Positions 51,294-64,000 of a stretch of 64,000 nucleotides of DNA are shown here, in pieces. How positions within the stretch are numbered: position 1 is the stretch's first letter; the number at the start of each line of letters is the position of its first letter. Source of the stretch: Botryllus schlosseri (taxonomy: Eukaryota); the NCBI GenBank assembly GCA_051294905.1, contig CM119371.1:434001-498000 (forward strand), read 5' to 3'. The translations under genes and the position numbers were made by a program. The notes beneath the pieces are model-generated. The model ran no database searches, was not told the DNA's origin, and was given only the letters and a program-made list of their open reading frames with translations.

Positions 51294-53083
51294 GTATTCA
51301 ATTATTTGCGTGTGTATCGGTTAATGGTAAATAGTTGGCATTTACGCGATATCACGGACTTGCTCATTGACATCGCGGACGGCGGGCGTTTCAGCATATT
51401 GAATGGGGTGCCACCCCGTAACTCGGCGCCTATGACCATGACCATACTCATATATTTACCCTTGTTTTACCTATGTGTCATTTTTTTTTCATTTTCGTGG
51501 TCGTTAATATTAGTGTGAAAAGTAGTTTATTTGCAAAGTATATCACCATCATTTGAACATGTCTATTAGCTATTTCAATGAAGTCTACTAATTTCCAGCT
51601 AATCCGTGTCGTATCTTTTTTTCGTCAACTGGCGATGTCTTCATCCAAATTCTACCATAGGCCCCTGTAAAGATGGAAATGAGTGGGAAAAAGCATCCCT
51701 ACATCTTAGGCATTTTGATCATGTCGGAGTGGTGAAATTTTCCACCGTAAATACTATTATTTGAAAAATGATGGAAATTTCTAATTGGATGACCTCAGCA
51801 TCTGCGAATTGAAATGAGTCAAATTTTTTGTGCAAGGTATTTTAGGTAACCTAATGATTTGCCAGCTAAGCCAATCAAATTTGAAAAAGTTTTATTTGAA
51901 CACCCCTAGTGTCCACTGTTCCATAATAATCATAAATTTTAATATTCATGATTTGTGCGTTTATGCATAGTATGCTGTACTTTGTCAGTGTTTGAATGAA
52001 TTTTGCAAGGCGTTCGGAATTGGTAGCATTTTGAAGGATCGTTTCATGTTCGCTTGTAATGATTTTCTTGCTAATTATTTTAGGACAAGAATGCAGAACG
52101 AGTCCGTATCCTGTCTCAGTCTTACGCAGGAGACAAGGAAGAGGATGCAGTATAAAGTCATTTCCCTCATACCAACTTTTGACCTCGTTGCAAGTTGAAC
52201 CTGTATGAAGATTGAAGATATTTCCAGCTAGAGAGATTGTTGCTTGCAAGTGTGCATTGCTTGCTGTGGAATTTTTTACAAGTTACAGTTGAATCTGCTG
52301 ATTATGATTTTCATCCGCTCTAGAAACGGTATATACGATCAAAAAGGGGTGAAAGTGAGTCATCCTTGCTGCTCAAGTAAAGGTGGATCTGAAATTGTGA
52401 CTACTTGATTACTTTCCAAAAGTAGAACGAGTCACACACTTGCAGGTTACAGCAGTTGGTAGAGGCCGCTTTCAAAATTGCAGGATGTATGCGAATAATA
52501 TATAATGGCACTCCAATTATAGTGCGATTTCTAAATTGCATTCACTATTTACTACATTCTAGGGGCTATCTATCTGGTTATGTCTGAAAAACCTAAGTAG
52601 AAGTAGTAAAAAAACATGCAGTACAAGTAGGCGAAACCCGAGTAGAAGTGCTTTGTTTGTTATACTGCACCTTGCTCAATGTGTGACAGATCTGCACATA
52701 GAGGATGTCGTAACGAGCATTTGACCAGAATAAAACATCCTGTTTTTTTGTATCTCTATTCGTATTACCTCTTCACCTTCAAAACTTGCCATCTTAATTC
52801 TTAAATGTCAACGTCGGATATTTCCCTAGTGTGCAACGGTGCATGTCTTTTTACTGTCATTGAAGAACTTCAACCTGCCACTTTGAATTTTTTTTCCTAT
52901 GGTATTCTCATATAGTGAACGTAATTTTGCAACTTGATTTGACAGTTGTTGCTTCGACTCGATGCTGTGCTTTTTTACTGCACTGCAATTTTGAATGTAT
53001 CGCTATGTCTTGTTGGCATAATGATTTTCAAAACTTGCCAGCCTCTGTTTTTCTGATACATTTGTGTGTGTGCAACTGTGCAT

Positions 53084-53502
53084 TAGTGCTCTTCAAAAAT
53101 GCGGAGTTATTGCCGTCGAAAAATTTGGGTTTGAATAAAATAGTAATTACGGTGACCGATTCTTTGTTTATTTATTATAGTTGTGCTCACCGTAAATACT
53201 ATTTTATTCAAATCCAAATTTTTCGACGGCAATAACTCCACTTCCACTGGTTGGAATTGAACCAAATTTGGTGAGCATCGTTTCTATAGACAGCCTAACA
53301 CTTTCATGGGGTGAACAGAAAATTTTCAAATTTTTTATTATTTATTTTTAGATAATAAATAGGAACTTTCTTCTCCTGTAGCAAAGCGGTCACTGGCTGG
53401 AATTGAACCAAATTTTGTGTGTAGGCTTAAATTAGGTAACCTAACAATTTTATCAAGTAGCCAGTACGATTTGAGAAAAAAAGTTATTTTTGAATAGCCC
53501 TA
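53084..53502. mobile_element. MITE of the TAGGG-TGTTCAAAA family
   Basis: tagtgctcttcaaaaat...ttttgaatagcccta; TSD ctgtgcat/atgtgcat. Another right end is at ~51908. Confidence 0.8.
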
Positions 53503-56431
53503 ATGTGCATGTGTAATGCAGTGCGTGTCTTGTTTATTCTCATAGGCAGAATTCTAGGTAGTTGCTTATACCTATCATAATTTTTCAACACTTGTCCGTG
53601 TGTCGTATTCTGTAATCCTTCCAGTGTGCACTGTGCATGCTTCTTTACCTTGATTGATTGACAATTATTGTTGCTTTGACTCAATGCTGTGCTGTACTTT
53701 GCTGCAGTTTTTATTATTGCCTATAATGATTTTCAAAACTTGCCAACCTCTGGTAGTTCTGATAAGTTGAGTATGTGTGGTATTCTGTAATCCCCCCAGT
53801 GTACATACTTCGTAGTCATCATATTTTTAGCCTGATTGATTAATTGATCGACTGCTTGTGATATTTTTGAGTCCACCTGTTGCGTTATTGTATGTCTTGA
53901 ACTAGAGTTAGTGATTGATTTTGACGTGATTTAGAGCCGTTGTTAATTTTACTCGTTGCTGCTTAGTTTTTATTGTTGACAATTCGATAATATAAACTTT
54001 TTGCCTGATAAACTTTTTGCCTGAAAATCAATCTTGTGAAAGTGTATTTGTGCGTCGCTAACCTGTGGTAAGGAAATATGCAGGTCCAGGAGCTAGCTAG
54101 TATTCAGAGGGTTGATCAGTGGCTAGTCTATGGATATCGGTCCCAAACGGACTTTGTCCCTACAGTGGCCAGGAAGTGACTCAGAAATGACTTGATGGAT
54201 GATCAGTGGTCACCCACTGGATACCAGCAGGAGTCGACACGTTCGGTGCAACCGGATAGCGGTAGGCTGACTCTGTGCCAAATGACAAGTTATCCGTAAT
54301 GCCGTAATGTGTTTGCTGGGTATCCTTTCCTTCCATGACGGGAGCCCTACACCAATAGTTACAGAAGTCAGCTTTGTCAAATTGATGTCCTGGTCCCCTT
54401 CCCACGTTTTTTGCGTCAGCATTTCCTCTGGAAATATGTCCATGCCCACTATGATAAAAAGCACCTGGATAATTAGCTATGCAATGTCTGTGCACTGTGT
54501 GCATTGATGGATATGTTCAATGCTAGGCTAAAGCAGTCTACCTGGCAACGTGTTACAGAATATGCGATAAAAGATCGACTTCTGGTAAGTGTTGAATCAG
54601 ACAACTGTAGCTTCGAAATTTGTCAAGTGATGTAGGACATTGCTGCTAAGTTCCAGAAACAGCGAATATTCGCTCAGTGCGTTGAAGTTTTATTGAAGTC
54701 ATACCTTCTCTAGCAGATTCTTGGGTTTAGCGATATTCCAGGCAATTTTGAACAATGCGTCTGTCACGTCGTCGGCAATTTTAAAAATGATTCGAAATAT
54801 GGATTGATGGGCTTGAAACCAAGCTAGCACCGTTGAATATGTATAACTCCAGATGAAACTACCGTGCTATCATTTCAAGCTTCTAGGCTTTGTTACAACA
54901 ACCGTTCTTCGACAAATGTGACACATCGGTATTCCATAACAATACGGGGCCAGTAGTGATTATATGGAGAGATGTCGCGGGCCGCAAAATATTCGTCTGC
55001 GGGTTGAGAACCCCTGCTCTAGTCTATGTCGTAAGCTGTAAAGCTCTAATTCTAATTCTAATCTAATTTGGAACAAGCTGTGTAGCTCTAATTCTAATCT
55101 AATTCGGAAAAGCTGAAAATTTTCCAGTTGTCCAAGCAATGTTCCCTCTAAGGCCCTTTTCATACCGGGGTTCCGGGAATAACATTTCTCGAAAATGTTT
55201 ACCGGAACCCCTCTATGTGAACATAACACTGGTGTTTCGGGGCGGTATGAACGCGCTTATTTTCGGAGATTTTTACGGGACCGACTGAGTATGAACACGA
55301 ATGGCGCAGCTGGGTTCCCGGAAGGCTGTCAATCAAACTTTTAGTTACGGTAACGCGCTGTTCATTCAGGCTGCTTGTATTTCGAGGTCAGCTACCTGCG
55401 GCATTTTGATCTTCTTGTGTAATGGTGTTGGGAATGCATTATTCTTGGATAATATTCTGTATGCTCACAATTCGTAGTCACTGACTACTAGTCGGCTTCT
55501 TTTTTCTGTGGTTTTGTAAACAGAGCACAGCTAAAAAGGTACAACACCATCTCCAAATGATGCAGCATTGGGTGAGTTGCCTGAAAACTTTAGGACTTCA
55601 ACACTAATTTGGTAGGTGATCTCTACCCTTACCAAATTTGTTATATCAAAGGCAAGTTTCTAACCACGGATATGCTGTGCGTAGGTCAGTCACCGTCATA
55701 TATACGCCTACTGAAAAGGGGATTTAGTAACATCTGCTTCGATAGTGGCAGCACAGCAGAGAATGATGTCTCTTACTCACTAACCAAAATTCAAATTGTA
55801 CCAACGGGCTGGTAAGCCATCGTACATCATCCAAGTCATAATTTGGTTTTCACCTATGCCTTCATTTTCTTGTTACAACCAAGTCATTCCTTTGTTATGC
55901 AATGTTAGGCAAGTGTAACTTAATCTGATCTTTTCGCAGGTCTAGATGGAGGATACTGATGAAAAAGGTGGAACTGTGCATTAAGTTATAGTTTCTCTCA
56001 TGAATAAAATGAAACAGCACATACACATCTGGTTAAGCAAGAGCATTGTTTATTGAGAAAGTCACACAGGGCATTTCCGACGTCTGGGCCAGCGATACTT
56101 GGATCACCGCCAGGTCTTGTCTTCATTGCGTATACCATCCTCCGTATCATTCTGGCCTTAGCGGATTGCAGTTTCTGAGAAAAACCGAACACCGCAACTT
56201 CAGTCGACCAAAATCTTTCAACCTTCATGTGTGCTTTGCTAAGTTTCTGAAAAAGCAATTGTGAATTTTAAGGGCAGCAGAAAGGAAATCTATATTACAT
56301 ATTTGAAATTAGCTTTAGCTTATACTCTGTTTGTGTTTCAGGTAAAAGGGTTCATGAGCCAGGGCTGAAAGGGATAGGCTGCGTCATCAGTTATGTATGC
56401 TAGTACAGAACCCTCAGGCTGGTGGAAATAA

Positions 56432-56668
56432 TTAAAATTTGTTGTAGTACAACGAAAGATCCTTTCCTACATTCTCGGGTAGAAAGTGTGTGTCCTTACT
56501 ACGTAGCTTGCCAAGAACGGAGAAAGAACGTTCAACAGCAGCATTTGTTGGCTGACAACACTCAAGTTGTGTGCATACTGCTGGTGACAAACCGTGTTGC
56601 TTCATTCTGACAATGTTGTCTGTATCACAATTTTTAAGCTTGCGCTTCTTGATATAAGAACCATGCAA
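56432..56668 (-). pseudogene. hAT transposase C-terminal fragment
   Basis: CQPTNAAVERSFSVLGKLRSKDTHFLPEN. Confidence 0.8.
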
Positions 56669-56869
56669 TGTCCAAGCATTCTTGCTTCAGCTAGGATATT
56701 GTGGTACGTTGACCATAAAACCATGTCCATATTTGTTTCATTTGACCCTTTATGATTCACAATTAGCAGACGATGGTCCGTTTACAACGGTAGGCCTATA
56801 AAGTAGGCTACAAGCTGTAAAATATCAAATGATAAGTTCACCGACAGCGCAAAATCTACGATACAAACG

Positions 56870-57006
56870 AAATGCAGAGGTCAAAAAATGTTTGACTTTG
56901 TAAACAATTTTGACAAATTTTGTAAACTATTTTGACAAATTTTGACCTAACGCTACAATTTTGACCTAATTTTGACTTTTTTTGACATGTCAAAAAAATT
57001 GCCCTA
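56870..57006. mobile_element. Right end of a TAGGGC-type DNA transposon; an outward-facing left end of the same family starts at 61078
   Basis: tgtcaaaaaaattgcccta versus tagggcgattttttttgaca at 61078; subterminal aattttgac repeats. Confidence 0.6.
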
Positions 57007-57559
57007 GTAATGACACCTGATGACAACTTTCGTAGTCGCATCTATGAGGTAAACCAAAGCAGAGATGGTCAAAGTTACCAGCGTTGCTACTCAAGTCGAT
57101 GTAGAAATACCAACTTCAATTTATACTCGATTACAAGTAGATGCAACAGTTTCCAATACAAGTCAAAACTACGCCAAGTGGAAGTAGAATACGAAATGTT
57201 GGAAAAATAGTCAAGTATGGTACGCAGATTTTCAGAGGATTCTACCTTGAAAATTGCGATATGAATCTTCGCGACTAATATAAAATTACTAATGGCATAT
57301 GACACTACTAACAGCAAGAATCTTCAAAAATATATTCAGTTATTTCTGATATGGGCGGTGTTGCTAGTATTCTAGTTGTCTAATTATCCTAATTGAAGCT
57401 ATTCTAATTTGTGAAATGTTTCTCTGCTCTAATTCCAATTCTAATCGAATGTATGAAATCTTTCTATGGTCTAATTTTAAGTCTAATCTAATGTCTGGTT
57501 TTCCTGGAAATACTACAGGAGAACTGTATAGTGCGAAACAAGCCAGGCTTGCTGTACAG

Positions 57560-59850
57560 TAGGGGTGTTAAAAATGAATCTTTATTCTCAAATTCTTCTG
57601 GCTACTTGGTAAAATTGTTGGATTACGGAATTGAAGCCTAAACACCAAATTTGGTTCAATTCCAACCAGTAGCCGCATTGCTACAGGAGAAGAAAGTTAT
57701 TTTATTTATTATTTAAAAATTAGTAAAAAAATTCAAAATTTTCTGTTCACCCATGAAATTGTAAGGTTGTCTATAGAAACGATGCCCACCAAATTTGCCT
57801 CAAATCAAACCAGCCGAAGCGGAGTTATTGATTTCGTAAAATTTGGATTCGAATAAAATAGTATTTACGGTGGGCACAACAGTCATAAATGAATAAAGGC
57901 AGTGGTTCTCAACCTTTTTGACCTCGCGGCACACTTTGAAAATGAGAAATAGTTCGCGGCACACTAGCACAGTGGTTCTGAACTCTTTTGGCTTACGGCA
58001 CAGGCAAACTACCAGAATGCGCATAGCAGCAACCATAGTCTTACAGAGGTGGTCAATGACGAAGTACTACTACCTTTTCAGAGCACTCAAGTAATCTTTT
58101 CTCTGCTTGAGTTTTCTTTTATCTCAGCGGACATCTCTCAAATACGTATGCGAATGGTATCATTAGACATGGGAATCGTTTACAATTCTTCCCAAACATT
58201 TCTTTACAATTTTATTGCAGGCCGGAAGAATAACTTTCTCCGCTTCCGTGCGAGGTTTTGAATTATCCGCTACCACATAACTTGTCTGCTGTGATCTCGT
58301 TTAAACTCCAGGCTGAGCTTAATTTCGTGAGATTGGCTTGACAATAAAGTCTGCCCAAACGCATTGTCGATGTAATTAACCGTCGCATCGAAGAGTCCAG
58401 TCGCGACCGCCACTAACCGATACAGAAGCGTAGATGTGTATTATGTCAAATTCATTTCCACGCAGATCGTGTAATGGCTCCTGTGGGGATAGTATACCTC
58501 AATAGTGTTGCTGGCAGCCACCCGCAGTTGAATTGCAGTTCCAACAAACCGGAATAATAAACCTCCGCGGCGGAGAAATTTGTAACTGATATAATTTTTT
58601 AACTTTATTCTCAATTCCCGAATTTGTCGCCTGCAACATACCTTTTCGTCCTGAGCCTACATTTTTCCACCAATGCTGGCACGCTACCTAACAATCGCAA
58701 TGTGAATTGCTATGTTGGTAATTCTAATTTGTAAACGTGAATATCACTTCCAAATGAGTTCATTTCTCGATAGTGAGAATGCTTCCTAGGTGTTGGAGGT
58801 TTATGTAGGCTGCTACTCGTCCTCCGTTACGCAAAAGCAGTGTCTCACAAAAAGTGGGGGGCCGTGCTTGGCATCTCAGGAATCAAAATAAGTAATATCG
58901 GTATGGCGTAAAATGATCATCGATTACCAAGACATGGCAAGAATACAACTACAAATAGAAACACAAAAAGGTCATCAACCTGCGTCATATCCCTGTTCTG
59001 CATCCGGTTCTGGTGGGGGTGATAAGTATAAGGTGAACACCTTCAGCCACACCTCAATATCACGGTACAATTGCCCGAGTTTAGTTATCACCGCTCTAAA
59101 TGCTACTATGCGTGGGCAAACTAGCGTATCACCCCCATTGACGGTGGAGGCCCCAGTTTGATTCATGGCAGTGCAGTAGCAAGTCACGAAGAATCGCAGA
59201 TTTATTAGATTCTCCGCCCCTATACGTTGCTGTGCTCAGAGCGTCTTTACAATATGAAGCCCAGAGAAAGACCCAATCCATGACCTAATGGGGATGTCAG
59301 ATTGAGATACGGTCGCCTCGAGATCCTTATATGTGTTCACTGCATCGTATTGTGCATCGTGTGTCTTGATCGGGTAAATTCAATAGAAAAACCTACAATG
59401 ACACACTCCAAATTTGGATTTTTCTTATACTTCGACATAGTTTACCACATTTGCTCGCGGCACACCTGAGCAGTCCAATTGGCACACTAGTGTGCCGCGG
59501 CACACCGGTTGAGAACCACTGGATTAAAGAATCGGTCACCGTAAATACTATTTTATTCAAATCCAAAATTTATTGACGGCAATAACTCCGCTTCCACTGG
59601 TTGGAATTGAGCCAAATCGGTTGAGCATTGTTGCTATAGACAACCTAACAATTTAATGGGGTGAACAGAAGATTTTGAATCTTTTTTCGTTCGTTTTCAT
59701 ATAATAAATAAAAAATTTCTTCTCCTGTAGCAATGCGGCTACTGGTTGGAATCAAACCAAATTTGGTGTGCAGGCTTCAATTAGGTAACCTAACAGTTTT
59801 ATCAAGTAGCCAGTAGATTTGAAAAAAAAAGTCATTTTTGAACACCCCTA
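57560..59850. mobile_element. Long-TIR MITE of the TAGGG-TGTTCAAAA family
   Basis: ctgtacag|taggggtgtt ... aacaccccta|ctgtacag, with ~310-bp inverted arms. Confidence 0.9.
57900..59521. mobile_element. hAT-Charlie/Buster derivative with transposase fragment and unidentified cargo
   Basis: cagtggttctcaacc...ggttgagaaccactg termini. Minus strand ~58110-58290 reads SYVVA..SKPRTEAEKVILPAC..IV and TIPMSNDTIRIRI*EMS (Buster/ZBED5-type). Confidence 0.82.
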
Positions 59851-62800
59851 CTGTACAGTAGAAATTTGCTATTCTCATGCTCATAAGATGAACTATGATT
59901 TGATGATAACGGAGTTTGATTCAACTTTTGGCGATTTCAGTAATTCTAATTCTAATCTAATTTGAAAAAAACTGTTAGGTAGAATTATAATTTTAATCTA
60001 ATTTCCAACTGTGTAGCTCAAATTTTAATTCTACTCTAATTCGAAAAAAAACTTGTAGTTGTAATATAATTCCAATCCAATTTGGAAAAAGGGAACGTTT
60101 TCTAGTTGTCCAAGTCTGCCTGTTACATGCCGTTTGCATGAAAACTATCCATCAATTTCCATCTTGTCGATGCCTAATTGCCCACACATACAGTGATCGT
60201 GTCTGAACATGTTTCCTATAGCGGTAAGTTCACCCTATCGGACCACAGTCTGTGCTGCAATTCCTTAGCAAGTGTAACATCTGATTTTTTGTAAGTACTT
60301 TGTGAATATATATATACTTTGTAATGGCTTCTATTTTTGTGGTCTTTCATTAAGTTATGCATGTTAGCATATGTGCCTGTTATTTGGGTTGTGAATATGC
60401 ATTTTGATTTCAGGATGATGCCACAAGTTCTTGCTGAAGATAGTGACTCAGCCTTCGCCATACAAGAGTGTTTTTCGGAAACCTGGAGGAGGCGACTTCC
60501 CAATACTACATGGGCAATGTTCTTCGAGCAGTATTTTCAGTGAATTTTTATCTCCGTCGCTGGGATCTCTATTTTTGTTATTTCACGAAATATGTTTCCA
60601 TTTTATGTTATTATGGTTCAATTGATATCGAATATATGCAATCAAAGAAAGTTTATTTGCAATAGCGTGCTATTTGGAAGAAGATGCAGGATTTCAAGTG
60701 GGGTGTATATATTGAAATTCCGCCCCAATCAATTCTAATGGCTAGGTTGAGATATCCGATATACACCGCAAGGAATGGGGTGGATTCTGGTCATTCACAC
60801 CGGCAGCGTTACGTAAGTTCTGTTTTCGTGTACCACCTTTTGGGGTGTGTATAACCACTTTTTTCGCTAAGAGTGCATATGCAAAATCCCTTAGTGAAGA
60901 CTGCTAATGTTCGTGGCAGTGTTGGGATTTAGTAACTGCCTTCGAATCACAAGTCATCTCGAATCATTGCACATTTTGACTCGAGTCAACTCAAGTCACT
61001 CGATTTTTGGAGGTGACCCGAGTTAAGTCAAGTCAAGTTGAAATTTCAAAGTACTAGATATGGTTCAAATTCATTACTAGGGCGATTTTTTTTGACACTT
61101 CAAAAGAAGTCAAATTTTGTTTTACATATAACGAGTTTGATTTATTTAGCTGTTCTTGTGTAAATCACACTAGCATGTAACTTAGTTACTCCCGCCATTT
61201 ACCGGCTTCAAAAATCTAGCGTTTTTCGGCTATAACTCGTTTTGTGTTCACAATAGGGAAAACTTTCTTCTTAAGACTGATGGAAACATGATGTTTTGGA
61301 AGCTTTCATGACCCCATGACTAGTGGTTGTCGAGATGGGCAATTTCACCCCCTCTCGCACAGACATTGGGTAATACCGGCTGGAAAATGGAGGCAGTCCC
61401 CTAAAACCAATTTTTATTGAAGTTTCAAGTCATTTTCGGGACTTGAAACCCCCTTTTTAGGATTTGAAAAAAAGTCATTTTCACTCCACCCTACAACGCA
61501 TGCCTATAACATTCCAACATTTACCGACAAATGACGATACATATCCTCACATCTTCACCAAGTCTACCTGCCTCTAATCCGAATCAAGTTCTGACAAATG
61601 AAACAATTGTCTGGCATATATCCAGATTGCTATACAATCTTTTGTCAAATTGTTTGCGTTAAATAAACCAAAGAAAATACAAGGCTCAAATAACTGATTA
61701 ATATTTATTTCAAATCGATTCTATACATTTCATAACATGAAAACGCAGCCCAATACAACATAAAATCACGGAAATTTCAGCCACTACTCTCTAAGTCTAA
61801 GATGCAGATACTGATTAGCAGTCATTAACAATACTCTTGAGTTATAATGAGTTGCGGATAATGTCAGTTTAATTGCAAATTAGTCACAATGGACAGTAAG
61901 AGTAATTTATAGAATGCCAAGCAGCAAATCACTATATTTTAGTAAAAAGGAAACATTGAATCACATCTCACATCCATAACATTATCTGAAATTTCGATGT
62001 TATGGATTGACAATTTGCCTCATTTTCTGTTAACTATGGTGTATTAAGTAATTTAGAATCAATTAATCACATAACAATAATAAACTATCTCATCAAGAGA
62101 AATGAGCCAATTATATTATACTCGAAGCATTTAGAAACATCAAGGTAGCCGAAAACTTGGTCATTGGTCATAGAAGCAAGAAAAATCGTTGGCTCGAAGT
62201 ACAGCAACCGTCTATCTACAGAATAATATCAAGGTCATGAAATATCTTGGTAATGAAAGTTTTAAACTCGGTAAGTATACCTTTCAACACTCTCCTGAAG
62301 TCAACTGTACTAAAGATATAGAGAAAGATCACTAGATCATGATGGAACATGGAGAATCCTACATAATTGACATTACAATGGATTTCATATACTACACTAC
62401 ATTCATTTTCAACAAAATTTTCAAGGCCCTAAGGTGCAGCTGGAATCACAAAATTTTCCAATTTTTTTTTATTGCAGAATCTTAAATTATGAAACTAGCT
62501 CTTTTCAAAAATGTATTGCTCTTGTCTGATTTCGAATTAGAAGTATGTTAAAATACGATTTGAAATATCTCATTTTCTGAGAAAGTCACCCCCCATATAC
62601 TTTCGTTCATTCTAACTTGCTCAAAATTGTCTATAAGCACTCTGCAATGCTGATTTCATACAATAAATAGAAGAGCCATATGTCTGATCGATGAGGCGTG
62701 ACTATCAAAACATTCAGTTGGCCAGCAGCCTAGCTGCCGATCGCTAACCTGGTAAGAGCTTAAAGCTGTTTTATTATGAGCGTTGTTTATCATATTGTAT

Positions 62801-64000
62801 ATTTTTCAAGATGCATTGGTATTTTGTTGATAGCTTAATTGACGATTAGGACAAAGCCATACACTACGAAGTCATTTGGCATAGGAAAAGAAGAAATCAT
62901 GGTAGAAAAGAACCAGTGGTTCCTGAACTGAATAATCGAAGAAATCCTTTGAAAAAGATTGGAGCTTTCAACATCTGATAATGGTGGTTTGGATTCGGCG
63001 GAATCGTTTTTCCTCGCAATTTCTACAGTTTTGATGTAGTTGTTCTAAATATTGTGAATTGCCTGACTGTGGCTCATCCGGCAAATGATATTGGAACTGC
63101 ACAGGCTATGCATAACGATTATGCAACTCAAATTAGTCCCGGAGTGTTATGATGAAATTGATGCTAAAAATTGTATGTTTGAAAGATCTCGGGGGGAAGT
63201 ATGAGTGTAGTATCTTGACTCATACCAACTGAAATGGGTATTTTGACAATGTCGCAGTATTCTTGATATGTTGTTTCATTTTGACAACATCTAACTAATG
63301 TCCAATCAAGGTATGCAAATTTTTTAGGTGTGGTATAGCAGTTTTGAGTAAAAAGTGATCAAATCACTCATACTCTACATGACTTATTTTGCATTTAGGC
63401 ACATTCAATTGCCTTCAGATTTCGCTATGGACTGATTGAAGCATGCCTGCACCATTGAAAAGCAACAAATTTCAAATACCTGCTTTACTTTTTCACCAAT
63501 TTTTTTTCAATTTTCAAAGTTGATTTTCTCCCATTTCTAGTTTTTCGTAATATGATGTCACGGGGAGAGGAAATTTTGATATCAGAAGACCTTCAATTCT
63601 TATCAAACATGGCTCAGTACAAGCAGTAGGACTGTTCTACCTGCTGAACTTATTGTTTTTGCTGTAGGAATTTCAGTGTACTTGCAATGCTACTTATGAT
63701 CTGAATTTTATGAAAAAAAAATCGAAAATTCGGCACTGTACTGGTACAAAACAAATATTTTGTTGATTTTTTCGAAAATTCGTTAGTTTAAAGCAGTTCA
63801 GCAGGTGCTTAGAGGCCTCGGGACACTTTATGAAGCATTGGTTAAAATCTCTCAGCATCCGTCGATGAGACAGGCGTTTCCTCGTACTAACCGTCCGATT
63901 AACCAATCTCCCCCCCCCCCAATTGGGGCCCAAGGAATTATTGTGAAATGCTGAAATTTATACAGTATATGAAGTTGGGTATGAACAGTTCACACACCAA

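Larger units (their letters stand above)
57373..60118. mobile_element. CTAAT-rich MITE split by nested insertions
   Basis: Colinear with the uninterrupted copy at ~20340-20705 on both sides of the 57560-59850 insertion; ends ttgtccaagtct. A fragment also lies at ~55020-55136. Confidence 0.75.

Noticed and set aside
60200..64000. Host gene exons at the window end
   Set aside because: Scattered splice-like signals but no consistent open frames or recognisable motifs; probably the interior of the element starting at 61078.

Overview
Eukaryotic, AT-rich, intron-containing genomic DNA. A marine invertebrate is likely, and the NACHT motifs resemble ascidian NLRs (inference only). About 0.6-11.9 kb on the minus strand is a multi-exon NACHT-LRR (NLR-like) immune receptor gene that appears pseudogenised: an 8-bp insertion frameshifts the Walker A codons, and two downstream exons carry in-frame stops. 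Its N-terminal exons were not found. The remaining ~52 kb is a deeply nested transposon pile. It holds four CCCAG-ended EnSpm/CACTA-like elements, each with a decayed intron-containing DUF4806-family gene, and a decayed ISL2EU (PIF/Harbinger-related) element with THAP-DDE and SWIM/YqaJ ORFs. It also holds three long-TIR foldback elements (Sola2-like with an internal 177-bp tandem array, P/Galileo-like, and hAT-like with a transposase remnant), many hAT and Tc1/pogo MITEs, and two tRNA-derived SINEs. I found no intact protein-coding gene, rRNA, intact tRNA or CRISPR array. All calls come from reading the sequence by eye; no database search was run.
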